DNA of 64,000 nucleotides from Macrostomum hystrix (GCA_950097015.1 CATNEN010000003.1:9424001-9488000), one strand, 5' to 3'; positions 1 through 13,132 are shown, counted from the first letter of the stretch. Notes: generated by a model not told the origin, from the sequence alone. A program made the numbers and translations.

Positions 1-7
1 ATAATAG

Positions 8-290
8 ATGAGACACATGAGCTATGAGACACGGGAGAGATAAGACAGGAGAGATGAGACACAGGAGAGATGAGACACGGGAGAGATAAGACAGGAGAGA
101 TGAGACACAGGAGAGATGAGACACATAAGAGATGAGACACAGGAGAGATGAGACACAGGAGAGATGAGACACGGGAGAGATGAGACACGGGAGAGATAAG
201 ACAGGAGAGATGAGACACAGGAGAGATGAGACACAGGAGAGACGAGACACGGGAGAGATGAGACAGGGAAGAGACGAGGCCGCGGAGAGA
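8..290. repeat. GA-rich minisatellite, ~17-bp unit (GAGAGATGAGACACGG/AG)
   Basis: Tandem units visible; the same family recurs at 13510-13980. Confidence 0.9.
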
Positions 291-550
291 TACGACAGGG
301 GGTCGGATGAAACAGGGTACTATCGTGTTTAGGATAGTATAGGGGCAACGGGCCGGATTTAGGAGCTTCGAGGGCCGCATCTGGACCGCAGGCCGGAGTT
401 GGCCGAGCCCTGATCAAGAGACTAGAAAGTTTTAGCCTCCGAAATGGAGGGGTCCTTAGTTCGAATCTCAGCAAAAAAGCTATGGTTGGAATAGAATATC
501 GAGTAGATAATGGTTTTTTCGTATCAATCGCAGAACCCTGAGCCGAAGTC

Positions 551-3500
551 ATGGCCGAAGCTCATCAAGCCGTGGTGTTCGCCTTCAACATCACAGACGA
601 AGGCATCCAGTTGGACTTTGATCACACTGTCCTACGCGAGGTGTTCGCCTCAATTGTGCGCAGCTACAAGAAAGGCATCGGCAGGCTAAAGAATCGAGTA
701 TGGAACAGCACTTACCCCATGGGACCCAAGAGCTTCTTCTTAGCTCTGTTTGGCGGCACCAGCGCCGCTCTGCTTGGCCGGGATCCGACATTCGGTGTGG
801 CCGACCGAATCGAACAACTCATTGGACGCATTGTGACAGTACCTGCGCCTTACAAGCGCTATTTGGCCGTGTCAGTTTTCTCCGGCTTATCCTGGCTGGC
901 TTTCGCTAGGGTGTACAAATCCGTGCAAAGCCGGCTGTTGGCCTATCACGGCTGGATGTACGAGGTCCGCGGACCAACCTCGTGGAGCACCAAGCTGTGG
1001 TACGCCGCCTGCAAGGTGTGCCTCTGGTCGTCTGGAGCTAGCCTGTTTAGCTTCCAGGTGAGTCTAGATGCTCAACCTGCCACCTTGATGGAGTATAATT
1101 TTTGCTCAAACTGTGCTCAACCTACCATAACTATTGATTTAAATCTGTACTCAAACGGTGCTCAACCTTCAACTAGACCGAGTGCAATATTTACTCAAAC
1201 TATTCTCAACCAACCTTCTCGATTGAGTATAATCTTTACCCAAACTGTGCTCAACCTTTAACCTACTATCTCGATGGAGTATAATCTGTACTCAAACTCT
1301 GCTCAACCAACCATCTCGATGGAGTATGATCTGTACTCAAACTGTGCTCAAGCTACCATCTCGATTAAGTATAATCTGTACTCAAACTGTGCTCAAACTA
1401 CCATCTCGATTAAGTATAATCTGTACTCAAACTGCTCAAGCTACCATCTCGATTACGTATAATCTGTACTCAAACTGTGCCAAACCTACCATCTCGACTG
1501 AGTATAATCTGTACTCAAACTGTTCTCAGCCAACCATCTCGATGGAGTATAATCTGTACTCAAACTGTTCTCAGCCAACCATCTCGATGGAGTATAATCT
1601 GTACTCAAACTGTTCTCAGCCAGCCATCTCGATGGAGTATAATCTGTACTAAAACTTTTCTCAGCCAACCATCTCGATGGAGTATAATCTATACTTAAAC
1701 TGTGCTCAACTTTTAACTAGACCGAGTTCAATATTTACTTAAACTATTCATAACCAACCTTCTCGATGGAGTATAATCTGTACCCAAACGGTGCTCAATC
1801 TACCATCTCGATTACGTATAATATGTACTCAAACTGTGCTAAACCTACCATCTCGACTGAGTATACTCTGTTCTCATACTGTGCTCAGCCAACCATCTCG
1901 ATGTAATATAATCTGTACCCAAACTGTGCTTAACCCTCAACCTACAATCTCGATGGAGTATAATATGTACTCAAACTCTGCTCAACCAACCATCTCGATG
2001 GAGTATGATCTGTACTCAAACTGTGCTCAAGCTACCATCTCGATTAAGTATAATCTGTACTCAAACTGTGCTCAAGCTACCATCTCGATTAAGTATAATC
2101 TGTACTCAAACTGCTCAAGCTACCATCTCGATTACGTATAATCTGTACTCAAACTGTGCCAAACCTACCATCTCGACTGAGTATAATCTGTACTCAAACT
2201 GTTCTCAGCCAACCATCTCGATGGAGTATAATCTGTACTCAAACTGTTCTCAGCCAACCATCTCGATGGAGTATAATCTGTACTCAAACTGTTCTCAGCC
2301 AGCCATCTCGATGGAGTATAATCTGTACTAAAACTTTTCTCAGCCAACCATCTCGATGGAGTATAATCTATACTTAAACTGTGCTCAACTTTTAACTAGA
2401 CCGAGTTCAATATTTACTTAAACTATTCATAACCAACCTTCTCGATGGAGTATAATCTGTACCCAAACGGTGCTCAATCTACCATCTCGATTACGTATAA
2501 TATGTACTCAAACTGTGCTAAACCTACCATCTCGACTGAGTATACTCTGTTCTCATACTGTGCTCAGCCAACCATCTCGATGTAATATAATCTGTACCCA
2601 AACTGTGCTCAACCCTCAACCTACAATCTCGATGGAGTATAATATGTACTCAAACTGTGCTCAATCTGCCATCCCGATTCAGTGTGATGTCATCTGTCCT
2701 TTCACCCTCCTTAATTTTATGCCGATGCGTGTCAAATCGGGTACGCCTAAATACTAACATAAAAAACTCACAAAAAAATCAAGTGAAACAAAAAATATTT
2801 TGATGGTAATTAAAATCTACGAAAAATACGTCACATTGTCTCTTTCTTTTCGCATCGCGCTGTTCAGGGCTGCCTGCCCACACTTCCTGTGCCTCCGGTG
2901 AAGCAGACGGTGGAGCGCTACCTCACCAGCATGGAGCCCCTGCTCGGCGATGCCGAAATGGCTGAGACTCGCGCTCTGGCTCGCGATTTTCTAGCCAAAG
3001 AGAGCTGGAAGTTGCAATTCTATCTCAAACTAAAGTACTATTGGACTAGCAACTATGTCAGCGACTGGTGGGAAGAGTTTGTTTACTTGTACAGCCGCGA
3101 TCCCATTATGGTGAACTCCAATTACTACGGTGTGGACGCTGTGCTAATCAATCCTAGCAATGTTCAGGTCTGATATATTCTGCTTACCTTCAATGTACTT
3201 TTAAATTCGTTCAACTATTTAAAATCTAGTTAGATGAGACACTAAGGTATGTAATTTTATTATAAACTTTTTTAATTATAGGCTTTAAACAATGAACTTA
3301 AGAAAATCGAACATTTGATGTACTTTAGAAATTTTACTTTTGAGATTGACGTTTAAAAGTGTACTTTTGAGATTGACGTTTAAAAGTGTACTTTTGAGAT
3401 TGACGTTTAAAAGTGTACTTTTGAGATTGACGTTTAAAAGTGTACTTTTAATGTACTTGTTATGTACTTTAGAAAATGTACTTTTGAGATTGACGTTTAA

Positions 3501-6500
3501 AAAGTGTACTTTTAATATACTTGTTAAGTACTTTAGAGAATGTACTTTCAATCTAGCTTTGATAACAATTCAATTCAAAGTGGGCCTGTTTTGATCATCG
3601 ACCTGAATGCTAAAAACCCAAACTTAGGTGGCCCGCGCCGCTAATATGGCCTGGGGTTTCCTGCGCTATTGGCGAGGTATCAATCGTCAAACAATGCAGC
3701 CCCTGCTAGTTCAGGGCCTGGTGCCGCTGTGCAGTTGGCAGTATGAGAGACAATTTGCCACTACTAGGATTCCTGGTGAGTCAGATCGCGCTTGTTGTAT
3801 TTTATTTATTTAAGTTCTAGATTGTAGATACCTGTATCATTTGGGGTAACATTTTAGGTAGATGTAGGGCGGCTCCCTTTATCCCAAGGTGTTAACAGCT
3901 GTACACAGCCTTTAGAAGCGCCGAGAAATAGCTGTGACTGTGGTTGAACATCTGGACCGACTCAGGCCAGATGGGCCACAATGATCTGTGATATATTGGC
4001 CCAGGATTTGAAAATTGGAGGCAATATTCATTGATGTCTTGGTCTAAGAATCGTCAATTGGCAGCAACATTCTTTGAAGTCTTGTGTCTAAGAATCGTCA
4101 TTTGGCGGCAATAATCTTTGATGTTTTGGTCTAAGAATCGACGGTAATATTCTTTGATGTCTTGGTCTAAGAATCATCAAATGGCGGCAAAATATTCTTT
4201 GATGTCTTTGTCTAAGAATCTTCAATTGGCAGCAACATTCTTTGAAGTATTGGGTCTAAGAATCGTCATTTGGCGGCAATAATCTTTGATGTTCTGGTCT
4301 AAGAATCGACGGCAATATTCTTTAATGTCTTGGTCTAACAATCGGCGGTAATATTCTTTGATGTCTTGGTCTAAAAATCGGCGGCAATATTCTTTAATGT
4401 CTTGGTCTAAGAATCGACGGCAATACACTTAGATGTCTTTTTAATGATGTGATTCAAGAGTCGACAGTTCCTTGATATTGTTAATAATAATGTTTGTCGG
4501 TATATTCTTTGATGTTTTATATGAAAAAAACAGTTTTCTTTCTGTTTCTATGGCTCCAGCTTGTGATGGAAATAATCAAACTTTATTATTGTAATAATTT
4601 AAGGCGAAGAGCGCGACTACCTGATGCACCTGAACGACACGCGCCACATTGCCGTCTTCCATGCTGGTCGCTACTACAAGGTTTACTTTCACTATGGCAA
4701 CCGCTGGCTAGAACCGTGCGAACTGGAAGCCCAGCTGCAGAAGATCATCGACGACAAGTCGGCTCCAGTTGCTGGCGAAGCTGAACTGGCAGCTCTCACA
4801 GCCGGCGAACGCAAAGTGTGGGCCCGCGCTCGCAAGGACTTCTTCAGACGCGGCGTGAACAAGACCAGCCTAGATGCTGTTGAACGGGCCGCATTCTTCC
4901 TGGTTCTGGACGATGAAGAGGCCGACTATGATCCGAATGACGACTCCAGATTGGATCATTTCGCTAAGAGCCTTCTGCATGGCAACGGTTGCAATCGCTG
5001 GTTCGACAAGTCATTCTCGCTAATTGTGTTCGCCAATGGACGGGTGAGTTTACAATACTTTTATTAACCTGCTTTGCAATCGTTTAGTTACCCACATATT
5101 CAACTGTCTTTTGACCCACCTTATCAATCTTTAGCGACTCACCTTATCAATCTTTAGCGACTCACCTTATCAATCTTTAGCGACTCACCTTATCAATCTT
5201 TAGCGACTCACCTTATCAATCTTTAGCGACTCACCTTATCAATCTTTAGCGACTCACCTTATCAATCTTTAGCGACTCACCTTATCAATCTTTAGCGACT
5301 CACCTTATCAATCTTTAGCGACTCACCTTATCAATCTTTATCGACTCACCTTATCAATCGTTATTGACCTACCTTATCAATCTTTGGTGGCTCACCTTAT
5401 CAATCTTTAGCGACTCACCTTATCAATCTTTAGCGACTCACCTTATCAATCTTTAGCGACTCACCTTATCAATCTTTAGCGACTCACCTTATCAATCTTT
5501 AGCGACTCACCTTATCAATCTTTAGCGACTCACCTTATCAATCTTTAGCGACTCACCTTATCAATCTTTAGCGACTCACCTTATCAATCTTTAGCGACTC
5601 ACCTTATCAATCTTTAGCGACTCACCTTATCAATCTTTAGCGACTCACCTTATCAATCTTTAGCGACTCACCTTATCAATCTTTAGCGACTCACCTTATC
5701 AATCTTTAGCGACTCACCTTATCAATCTTTAGCGACTCACCTTATCAATCTTTAGCGACTCACCTTATCAATCTTTAGCGACTCACCTTATCAATCTTTA
5801 GCGACTCACCTTATCAATCTTTAGCGACTCACCTTATCAATCTTTAGCGACTCACCTTATCAATCTTTAGCGACTCACCTTATCAATCTTTAGCGACTCA
5901 CCTTATCAATCTTTAGCGACTCACCTTATCAATCTTTAGCGACTCACCTTATCAATCTTTAGCGACTCACCTTATCAATCTTTAGCGACTCACCTTATCA
6001 ATCTTTAGCGACTCACCTTATCAATCTTTAGCGACTCACCTTATCAATCTTTAGCGACTCACCTTATCAATCTTTAGCGACTCACCTTATCAATCTTTAG
6101 CGACTCACCTTATCAATCTTTAGCGACTCACCTTATCAATCTTTAGCGACTCACCTTATCAATCTTTAGCGACTCACCTTATCAATCTTTAGCGACTCAC
6201 CTTATCAATCTTTAGCGACTCACCTTATCAATCTTTAGCGACTCACCTTATCAATCTTTAGCGACTCACCTTATCAATCTTTAGCGACTCACCTTATCAA
6301 TCTTTAGCGACTCACCTTATCAACTAATTAGCTTTGTAAGAATATTGCCACTAGTCATTTTTTCTAAAATAATATCTTGGCAAACCTAACTATACCAAAC
6401 TTGTACTTTTATCGGGATTTTAATTCCCCAAAACTGTATATGGGATATTGGTTTGCTACCCGGATTGCGAAGCCCGGAAACAACCAAAGACTAAGTGCTT

Positions 6501-9500
6501 GAGACGTTTCAGGAAATACCATTACAACTCGAGACAGAAGGCAAAGAGAAATGGTTAAACTGATGCTTTTTCACCTAGGGACGCAGACTGAGACTTGGGC
6601 TACTGTTTAGGAAGAGTGCACTGAATCATTCTATAATTAGCTCTTTCGTTATTCGTGTTTCAGATTGGCGTCAATTGCGAACACAGCTGGTAAGTGGTGA
6701 CGCTGTGTTTCTTATTTTTAAGTTTTAAGATGTAATTTTATAGGTTTATCCTATAGTATATACAGTATTTTTATGCAAAAGAAAGTCTACATTAAATATT
6801 GTAAGCTTGAGTTACCATATACGCATTGTGCTTGCATAGCACTATTTTACACACTGGTAAAATATTCATATGACACCAGTGATGCCTGTTGCAAATATAC
6901 AAATATCACTGTTGATACCTGTTCCATAATTATTTCATACCTTTGATACCTGTTACATAATTATTTCACGCCTTTGATACCTGTTACATAATTATTTCAT
7001 ACCTTTGATACATGTTACATAATTATTTCACACCGTTGAGACCTGTTACATAATTATTTCACGCCGTTGATACCTGTTACATAATTACTTCACACCGTTG
7101 ATACCTGTTACATGATTACTTCACGCCGTTGATACCTGTTACATGATTACTTCACGCCGTTGATACCTGTTACATGATTACTTCACGCCGTTGATACCTG
7201 TTACATAATTACTTCACACCGTTGATACCTGTTACATGATTACTTCACGCCGTTGATACCTGTTACATGATTACTTCACGCCGTTGATACCTGTTACATG
7301 ATTACTTCACGCCGTTGATACCTGTTACATGATTACTTCACGCCGTTGATACCTGTTACAAAATGGTTTACACCAGTGATGCCTGCTTCATAAACACTTG
7401 TATTGAAAACACGGCTGCCGTATTGTTTTATGCTCCATCTATAATTTATTATATGAAAATTTTTAGTGAAGACTGAACTAGCTAATCCACTTGATTGATT
7501 TATTAATATGACTTAATCTACAGGGCCGACGCCCCAGTCATGTCACAGATGTGGGAGGCCGTCGTTTTCAACTATGACATTGTTGAGGATTGGTGAGTGG
7601 TACTTTTTTACCCGAATTTAAATTCATCTAATTTTTTCCGAACTAAAAAATGCAATGTAACTATTTTAAAACCGAAATCCTACTTGATGGAATCAGCCTC
7701 CACACACAGTAATTATCCGTAATATTTCACCCGATATGAGCAGCCTCACCACACACTAATATCCCTAATATCCCACCCGATGGGATCATCCATCCCACAC
7801 CCTAATATCCCACCCGGTGGGATCATCCATCCCACACCCTAATATCCCACCCGATGGGATTAGCCACTCACACCCTAATATCCCACCCGATGAAATTAGC
7901 CACTCACACCCTAATATCCCACCCGATGGGATTAGCCACTCACACCCTAATATCCCACCCGATGGAATCCGCCACCCACAGTCTAATATCCCACCCGATG
8001 GGATATTCCTCCTCTCACCCTAATATCCCACCCCATCCGTCGCAAACCCTTTAATCCCGCCTTATAATGGGATAGCAAGAATGGGAATTCAACTATTCCT
8101 ATTCAAATCTCAAATATCTCTTTCCAGTTATCGCTCTAACGGACACTGCCGCGGCCAGACGCGCAACAATGTGCCGAATCCCATCCGGCTGCAGTGGGAT
8201 CTGCCCGAGGCTTGCCGCTCAGTGATTGGCAGCCAGCTGCGGGTGGCAACAGACCTGCTGAACGATGTGGACTTGCACCTGGTGGTTCACCGCCAGTTTG
8301 GCAAGGGCGCAATGAAGCGCTGCTCAATGAGCCCGGACGCTTTCATCCAGCTGGCCCTACAGTTGGCCTACTTCAGGGACAGCGGCGGAGAGTTCTGCCT
8401 CACTTACGAGGCCTCCATGACCCGGCTGTTCAAGGAGGGCCGCACGGAGACTGTGCGATCATGCACCAACGAATCCTGCGCCTTTGTGCGCGCCATGGAG
8501 AGCGTCTCGGCTAGCGTGAGTCTCGCTGTGCTGTGATTGGCTGTTGCGATTTTTTACCGACTTGTCCGCACTCAACTACTGGCAGTAGAAAGTATAGTAA
8601 ATGATATTTAGCAAAAATTTGCATTGCATTTACTGTCAGTAGTAGCCTGTAGTTGACAATTATTTTATTTTAATCCTTTATTATAGGAAGCAAATTTTTT
8701 TATGCTCAAAGGAGCGTTTTATTTTCAACTCGTATTCTAAATTTTTTTGCTGGATTCTGTCTTCATTGGTTTAAAAATGTTATAAGATATTGGCTCACGT
8801 ATTTGTGTTTTTGTTTTTTTCGCTGTCAGTAGGCATTTCTCAAATCTGAAGAGCATGGTGCGGTATAATAGGCCTCATTTCCTTTTTTGTTTGAAGATCC
8901 CAATCAGAGGAATTCTCGGTTTTTTGGGCAGACAGGTCATTTCACTCTTGACTCTTCATTTCACTCTTCCTATTTATGCTTTCGTTTAATCATACGAGCT
9001 GATAGCAAGTATATTTTTTATGATAGTCTTTGTTTTTTTAGATATCCTTGAGAAAATCCACATTTATTTACTGACTTGCCATCATTAAAATTATTTAAAA
9101 AGTAATCATTAAAAAACCTATACTCAAGTGTAACTCACTTGACCACACTCAGACTATGCTTGGACTATGTTCTTCTGTGCTACGACTTTGCTCATTGATT
9201 TATTTCAAATTCAAACTATGCTCAAGTCTACTCTCTGTACTTACTGAAACTATGCTCAAGTCTACTCTCTGTACTTACTGAAACTATGCTCAAGTCTACT
9301 ATCCGTACTCAAACTATGCTCAAGTCTACTCTCTGTACTTACTGAAACTATGCTCAAGTCATCTATCTGTATTCAAACTATGCTCAAGTCTACTATCCGT
9401 ACTCAAACTATGCTCAAGTCTACTCTCTGTACTTACTGAAACTATGCTCAAGTCATCTATCTGTATTCAAACTATGCTCAAGTCTACTATCCGTACTCAA

Positions 9501-12500
9501 ACTATGCTCAAGTCTACTCTCTGTACTTACTGAAACTATGCTCAAGTCTTCTATCTGTATTCAAACTATGCTCAAGTCTACTCTCTGTACTTACTGAAAC
9601 TATGCTCAAGTCTACTATCCGTACTCAAACTATGCTCAAGTCTACTCTCTGTACTTACTGAAACTATGCTCAAGTCTTCTATCTGTATTCAAACTATGCT
9701 CAAGTCTACTCTCTGTACTTACTGAAACTATGCTCAAGACTACTCTCTGTACTTATTCAAACTATTCTCAAGTCTACTCTCTGTACTTACTCAAACTATT
9801 CTCAAGTCTACTCTCTGTACTTACTCAAACTATGCTCAAGTCTAGTCTCTGTACTTATTCAAACTATTCTCAAGTCTACTCTCTGTACTTACTCAAACTA
9901 TGCTCAAGTCTACTCTCTGTACTTACTCAAACTATTCTCAAGTCTACTCTCTGTACTTACTCAAACTATGCTCAAGTCTACTCTCTGTACTTACTCAAAC
10001 TATGTTCAAGTCTACTCTCTGTACTTACTCAAACTATGCTCAAGTCTACTCTCTGTACTTACTCAAACTATTCTCAAGTCTACTCTCTGTACTTACTCAA
10101 ACTATGCTCAAGTCTAGTCTCTGTACTTATTCAAACTATTCTCAAGTCTACTCTCTGTACTTACTCAAACTATGCTCAAGTCTACTCTCTGTACTTACTC
10201 AAACTATGCTCAAGTCTAGTCTCTGTACTTATTCAAACTATTCTCAAGTCTACTCTCTGTACTTACTCAAACTATGCTCAAGTCTACTCTCTGTACTTAT
10301 TCAAACTATGTTCAAGACTACTCTCTGTACTTACTCAAACTATTCTCAAGTCTACTCTCTGTACTTACTCAAACTATGCTCAAGTCTACTCTCTGTACTT
10401 ACTCAAACTATTCTCAAGTCTACTCTCTGTACTTACTCAAACTATGCTCAAGTCTAGTCTCTGTACTTATTCAAACTATGTTCAAGACTACTCTCTGTAC
10501 TTACTCAAACTATTCTCAAGTCTACTCTCTGTACTTACTCAAACTATGCTCAAGTCTACTCTCTGTACTTACTCAAACTATTCTCAAGTCTACTCTCTGT
10601 ACTTACTCAAACTATGTTCAAGTCTACTCTCTGTACTTACTCAAACTATGCTCAAGTCTACTCTCTGTACTTACTCAAACTATTCTCAAGTCTACTCTCT
10701 GTACTTACTCAAACTATGCTCAAGTCTACTCTCTGTACTTACTCAAACTATTCTCAAGACTACTCTCTGTACTTATTCAAACTATTCTCAAGTCTACTCT
10801 CTGTACTTACTCAAACTATGCTCAAGTCTACTCTCTGTACTTACTCAAACTATGCTCAAGTCTAGTCTCTGTACTTATTCAAACTATGTTCAAGACTACT
10901 CTCTGTACTTACTCAAACTATTCTCAAGTCTACTCTCTGTACTTACTCAAACTATGCTCAAGTCTACTCTCTGTACTTACTCAAACTATGTTTAAGTCTA
11001 CTCTCTGTACTTACTCAAACTATGTTCAAGTCTACTCTCTGTACTCACTCAAACTATGTTCAAGTCTACTCTCTGTACTCACTCAAACTATGTTCAAGTC
11101 TACTCTCTGTACTTACTCAAACTATGCTCAAGTCTACTCTCTGTACTTACTCAAACTATGCTCAAGTCTACTCTCTGTACTTACTCAAACTATTCTCAAG
11201 TCTACTCTCTGTACTTACTCAAACTATGCTTAAGTCTACTCTCTGTACTTACTCAAACTATGCTTAAGTCTACTCTCTGTACTCACTCAAACTATTCTCA
11301 AGACTACTCTCTGTACTTACTCAAACTATGCTCAAGACTACTCTCTGTACTTACTCAAACTATGTTCAAGTCTACTCTCTGTACTTACTCAAACTATGCT
11401 CAAGTCTACTCTCTGTACTTACTCAAACTATTCTCAAGTCTACTCTCTGTACTTACTCAAACTATGCTTAAGTCTACTCTCTGTACTTACTCAAACTATG
11501 CTCAAGTCTTCTATCTGTATTCAAACTATAATGAGTGTACTTACTGTACTAGTTCATTGCATAATCTGATAGAATTTTCATTTCCCAATCCTGCAGAAGC
11601 AGGAGGTGGTCCGGCTGTTGCGCGCCGCCTCGGAGAAGCACCAGACGATGTACCGGGACGCAATGACCGGCAAAGGTGTAGACAGGCACTTGTTCACCCT
11701 GTACGTGGTGTCCAAGTACTGCAAGATCCAGTCGCCATTCCTTGAGAAGGCGCTGCACTGCCAGTGGAAGCTGTCAACTTCGCAGACTCCGCACGGCCAG
11801 ACCAACGTTTTGGACTTGGAGAAGCATCCGGACTTTCTCAGCGCCGGCGGCGGCTTCGGTCCGGTGTCGCAGGACGGCTACGGAGTGTCCTACATCATCG
11901 CCGGAGAGGACACCATCTTCTTTCACATCAGCTGCCGCGTCAGCTGCAAGAAAACGGTAGGTTTAGGATTTGGGAGACAGTTACTGGGAAGATATGGGAT
12001 TTAAGAGTCGGTATTGGGGCAGATATGGGATTTTAGAGTCGGTATTGGGGTAGATATGGGATTTAAGAGTCGGTATTGGGGTAGATATGGGATTTAAGAG
12101 TCGGTATTGGGGTTGATATGGGATTTATGAGTCTGAATTAGGGTAGATATGGGAGTTAAGAGTCAGTATTGGGGTAGATATGGGATTTAAGAGTCTGAAT
12201 TGGGGTAGATATGGGATTTAAGAGTCGGTATTGGGGTAGATATGAGATTTAAGAGTCAGAATTGGGGTAGATATGGGATTTAAGAGTCGGTATTGGGGCA
12301 GATATGGGATTTTAGAGTCGGTATTGGGGTAGATATGGGATTTAAGAGTCGGTATTGGGGCAGATATGGGATTTTAGAGTCGGTATTGGGGTAGATATGG
12401 GATTTAAGAGTCGGTATTGGGGTTGATATGGGATTTATGAGTCTGAATTAGGGTAGATATGGGAGTTAAGAGTCAGTATTGGGGTAGATATGGGATTTAA

Positions 12501-13132
12501 GAGTCTGAATTGGGGTAGATATGGGATTTTAGAGTCGGTATTGGGGTAGATATGGGATTTAAGAGTCGGTATTGGGGTAGATATGGGATTTAAGAGTCGG
12601 TATTGGGGTTGATATGGGATTTATGAGTCTGAATTAGGGTAGATATGGGAGTTAAGAGTCAGTATTGGGGTAGATATGGGATTTAAGAGTCTGAATTGGG
12701 GTAGATATGGGATTTAAGAGTCGGTATTGGGGTAGATATGAGATTTAAGAGTCAGAATTGGGGTAGATATGGGATTTAAGAGTCGGTATTGGGGTAGATA
12801 TGGGATTTTAGAGTCGCTTGTGGGGGGGCTAGATATAGGATTTAAAAGTCGCTTGTGGGGGCTAGATATAGGATTTAAAAGTCGCTTGTGGGGGCTAGAT
12901 ATAGGATTTAAAAGTCGCTTGTGGGGGCTAGATATAGGATTTAAAAGTCGCTTGTGGGGGGGGCTAGATATAGGATTTAAGAGTGGCTCGTGGGTCTCGT
13001 GGGGCTAGATGATAAAAAACTTCGTGTTTTGTGCAGGACTCCAAGCGCTTTGGCGGTTACATTGTGAAGGCCCTAGCCGACATGAAGCTGCTCCTAGAAG
13101 AAGATGTTGCTGCTAGAAAGAAGGCCAAATAG
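551..13132 (+). CDS. CPT1: Carnitine O-palmitoyltransferase 1 (CPT1-type), complete 9-exon gene, 777 aa
   Basis: Exons 551-1057, 2868-3167, 3628-3775, 4604-5043, 6664-6689, 7524-7592, 8128-8515, 11597-11956, 13037-13132. All introns are GT-AG with compatible phases; total 2334 nt ending in TAG. Motifs: N-terminal [24 protein letters not shown], catalytic [64 protein letters not shown]. Confidence 0.97.
1065..2670. repeat. 45-bp minisatellite in CPT1 intron 1 with a 679-bp higher-order duplication
   Basis: Unit GGAGTATAATCTGTACTCAAACTGTTCTCAGCCAACCATCTCGAT. Identical ORFs at 1326/2005 and 1477/2156 give the 679-bp offset. Confidence 0.92.
3330..3520. repeat. 27-bp minisatellite in CPT1 intron 2
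   Basis: Unit GTACTTTTGAGATTGACGTTTAAAAGT, several copies. Confidence 0.9.
4020..4430. repeat. ~36-bp degenerate minisatellite in CPT1 intron 3
   Basis: Unit approximately GGCAATATTCTTTGATGTCTTGGTCTAAGAATCGAC. Confidence 0.88.
5116..6323. repeat. Highly homogeneous 23-bp minisatellite in CPT1 intron 4 (~50 copies)
   Basis: Unit CACCTTATCAATCTTTAGCGACT. Confidence 0.97.
6905..7380. repeat. 31-bp minisatellite in CPT1 intron 5
   Basis: Unit GATACCTGTTACATGATTACTTCACGCCGTT. Confidence 0.92.
7720..8035. repeat. 36-bp minisatellite in CPT1 intron 6
   Basis: Unit CCCTAATATCCCACCCGATGGGATTAGCCACTCACA. Confidence 0.9.
9210..11530. repeat. 34-bp minisatellite in CPT1 intron 7 (~2.3 kb)
   Basis: Unit CTCAAGTCTACTCTCTGTACTTACTCAAACTATG, with 30-bp variants at the ends. 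Confidence 0.97.
11985..12990. repeat. 31-bp minisatellite grading into a 33-bp variant, CPT1 intron 8
   Basis: Unit TTAAGAGTCGGTATTGGGGTAGATATGGGAT, then GATATAGGATTTAAAAGTCGCTTGTGGGGGCTA. Confidence 0.93.
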
